From positions 2,232,001 to 2,296,000 of the forward strand of contig CM120649.1 in NCBI GenBank assembly GCA_051362555.1: a stretch of DNA of 64,000 nt, in the 5' to 3' direction. This DNA is from Lingula anatina. Lineage: Eukaryota; Animalia; Brachiopoda. Positions 63,596 through 64,000 of this stretch are shown piece by piece. The notes beneath the pieces were generated by a model. It was not told the origin of the DNA and did no database searches. It saw only the letters and a list, made by a program, of their open reading frames with translations. Positions within the stretch are counted from its first letter, which is position 1. Every line of letters begins with the position of its first letter. Made by a program: the position numbers and the translations under genes.

Positions 63596-64000
63596 GCACG
63601 CGGGCAGAATTAATTGTTTCCTTCTGGCCAAACGTAACAGGGTCGCTTCAGCCAAAAACGTCCACAATAATAACTGAGGTCCTAGTAGCTAAGTCAATTG
63701 GGGAAAAAACAAAAGCCTGACTTATAAGTTAACAGAAACAATACTGTTTAAAGAGATTTCCTCGGGATATAATAAAACAACGTACATTGCACTCAACTCT
63801 TGCTGGGAACTCTCTCTCTGTTTTAATTGGTGTCAGGCTGCGTGGGACAAAACCTACTTCGTAGCTATTTACTGCTTGAACAAGCTTGTACACGATTTTG
63901 CAAATGGGTGACAACCAGTATTTAGTGTTCATTTGTATACGCTGGTTTGATTTCTCTTTAGTTTCAGAGCGTGGCACCTTCGAAATACTAAGATATACTG

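Noticed and set aside
1-64000. Prokaryotic systems (CRISPR array, operons, defence islands)
   Set aside because: The DNA is spliced and eukaryotic. There is no repeat-spacer array; the 17-bp array at 36773 has no unique spacers.

Overview
Intron-rich, AT-rich eukaryotic DNA, most likely from an invertebrate animal (inferred from gene content, GT-AG introns and dense microsatellites). There is no prokaryotic organisation. Most ORFs in the supplied track are spurious. I built four genes by hand, checking splice phases. (1) The first coding exon of a clan-2, CYP1-like cytochrome P450 (minus strand, continues off the left edge). (2) A two-exon gene missing from the ORF track (5572-6097, +), encoding a putative 76-aa secreted peptide with 6 cysteines in an unfamiliar spacing. 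(3) An 8-exon, 522-aa IgLON/lachesin/amalgam-like protein with three Ig domains (17009-43157, +). It has no TM or GPI signal; its tail instead carries an acidic GSG glycosaminoglycan-type motif, an RGD and an Arg/Ser-rich end. (4) A 5-exon, 492-aa SLC16/MCT-family transporter (61143-51098, -) that lacks the TM8 Asp/Arg pair and has a duplicated splice acceptor. Non-coding DNA holds many non-autonomous TIR elements (MITEs, often with 3-bp T/A target duplications), a 17-bp array of AGGTCAnTGACCT palindromes and many simple repeats. All calls are manual; no database search was possible.
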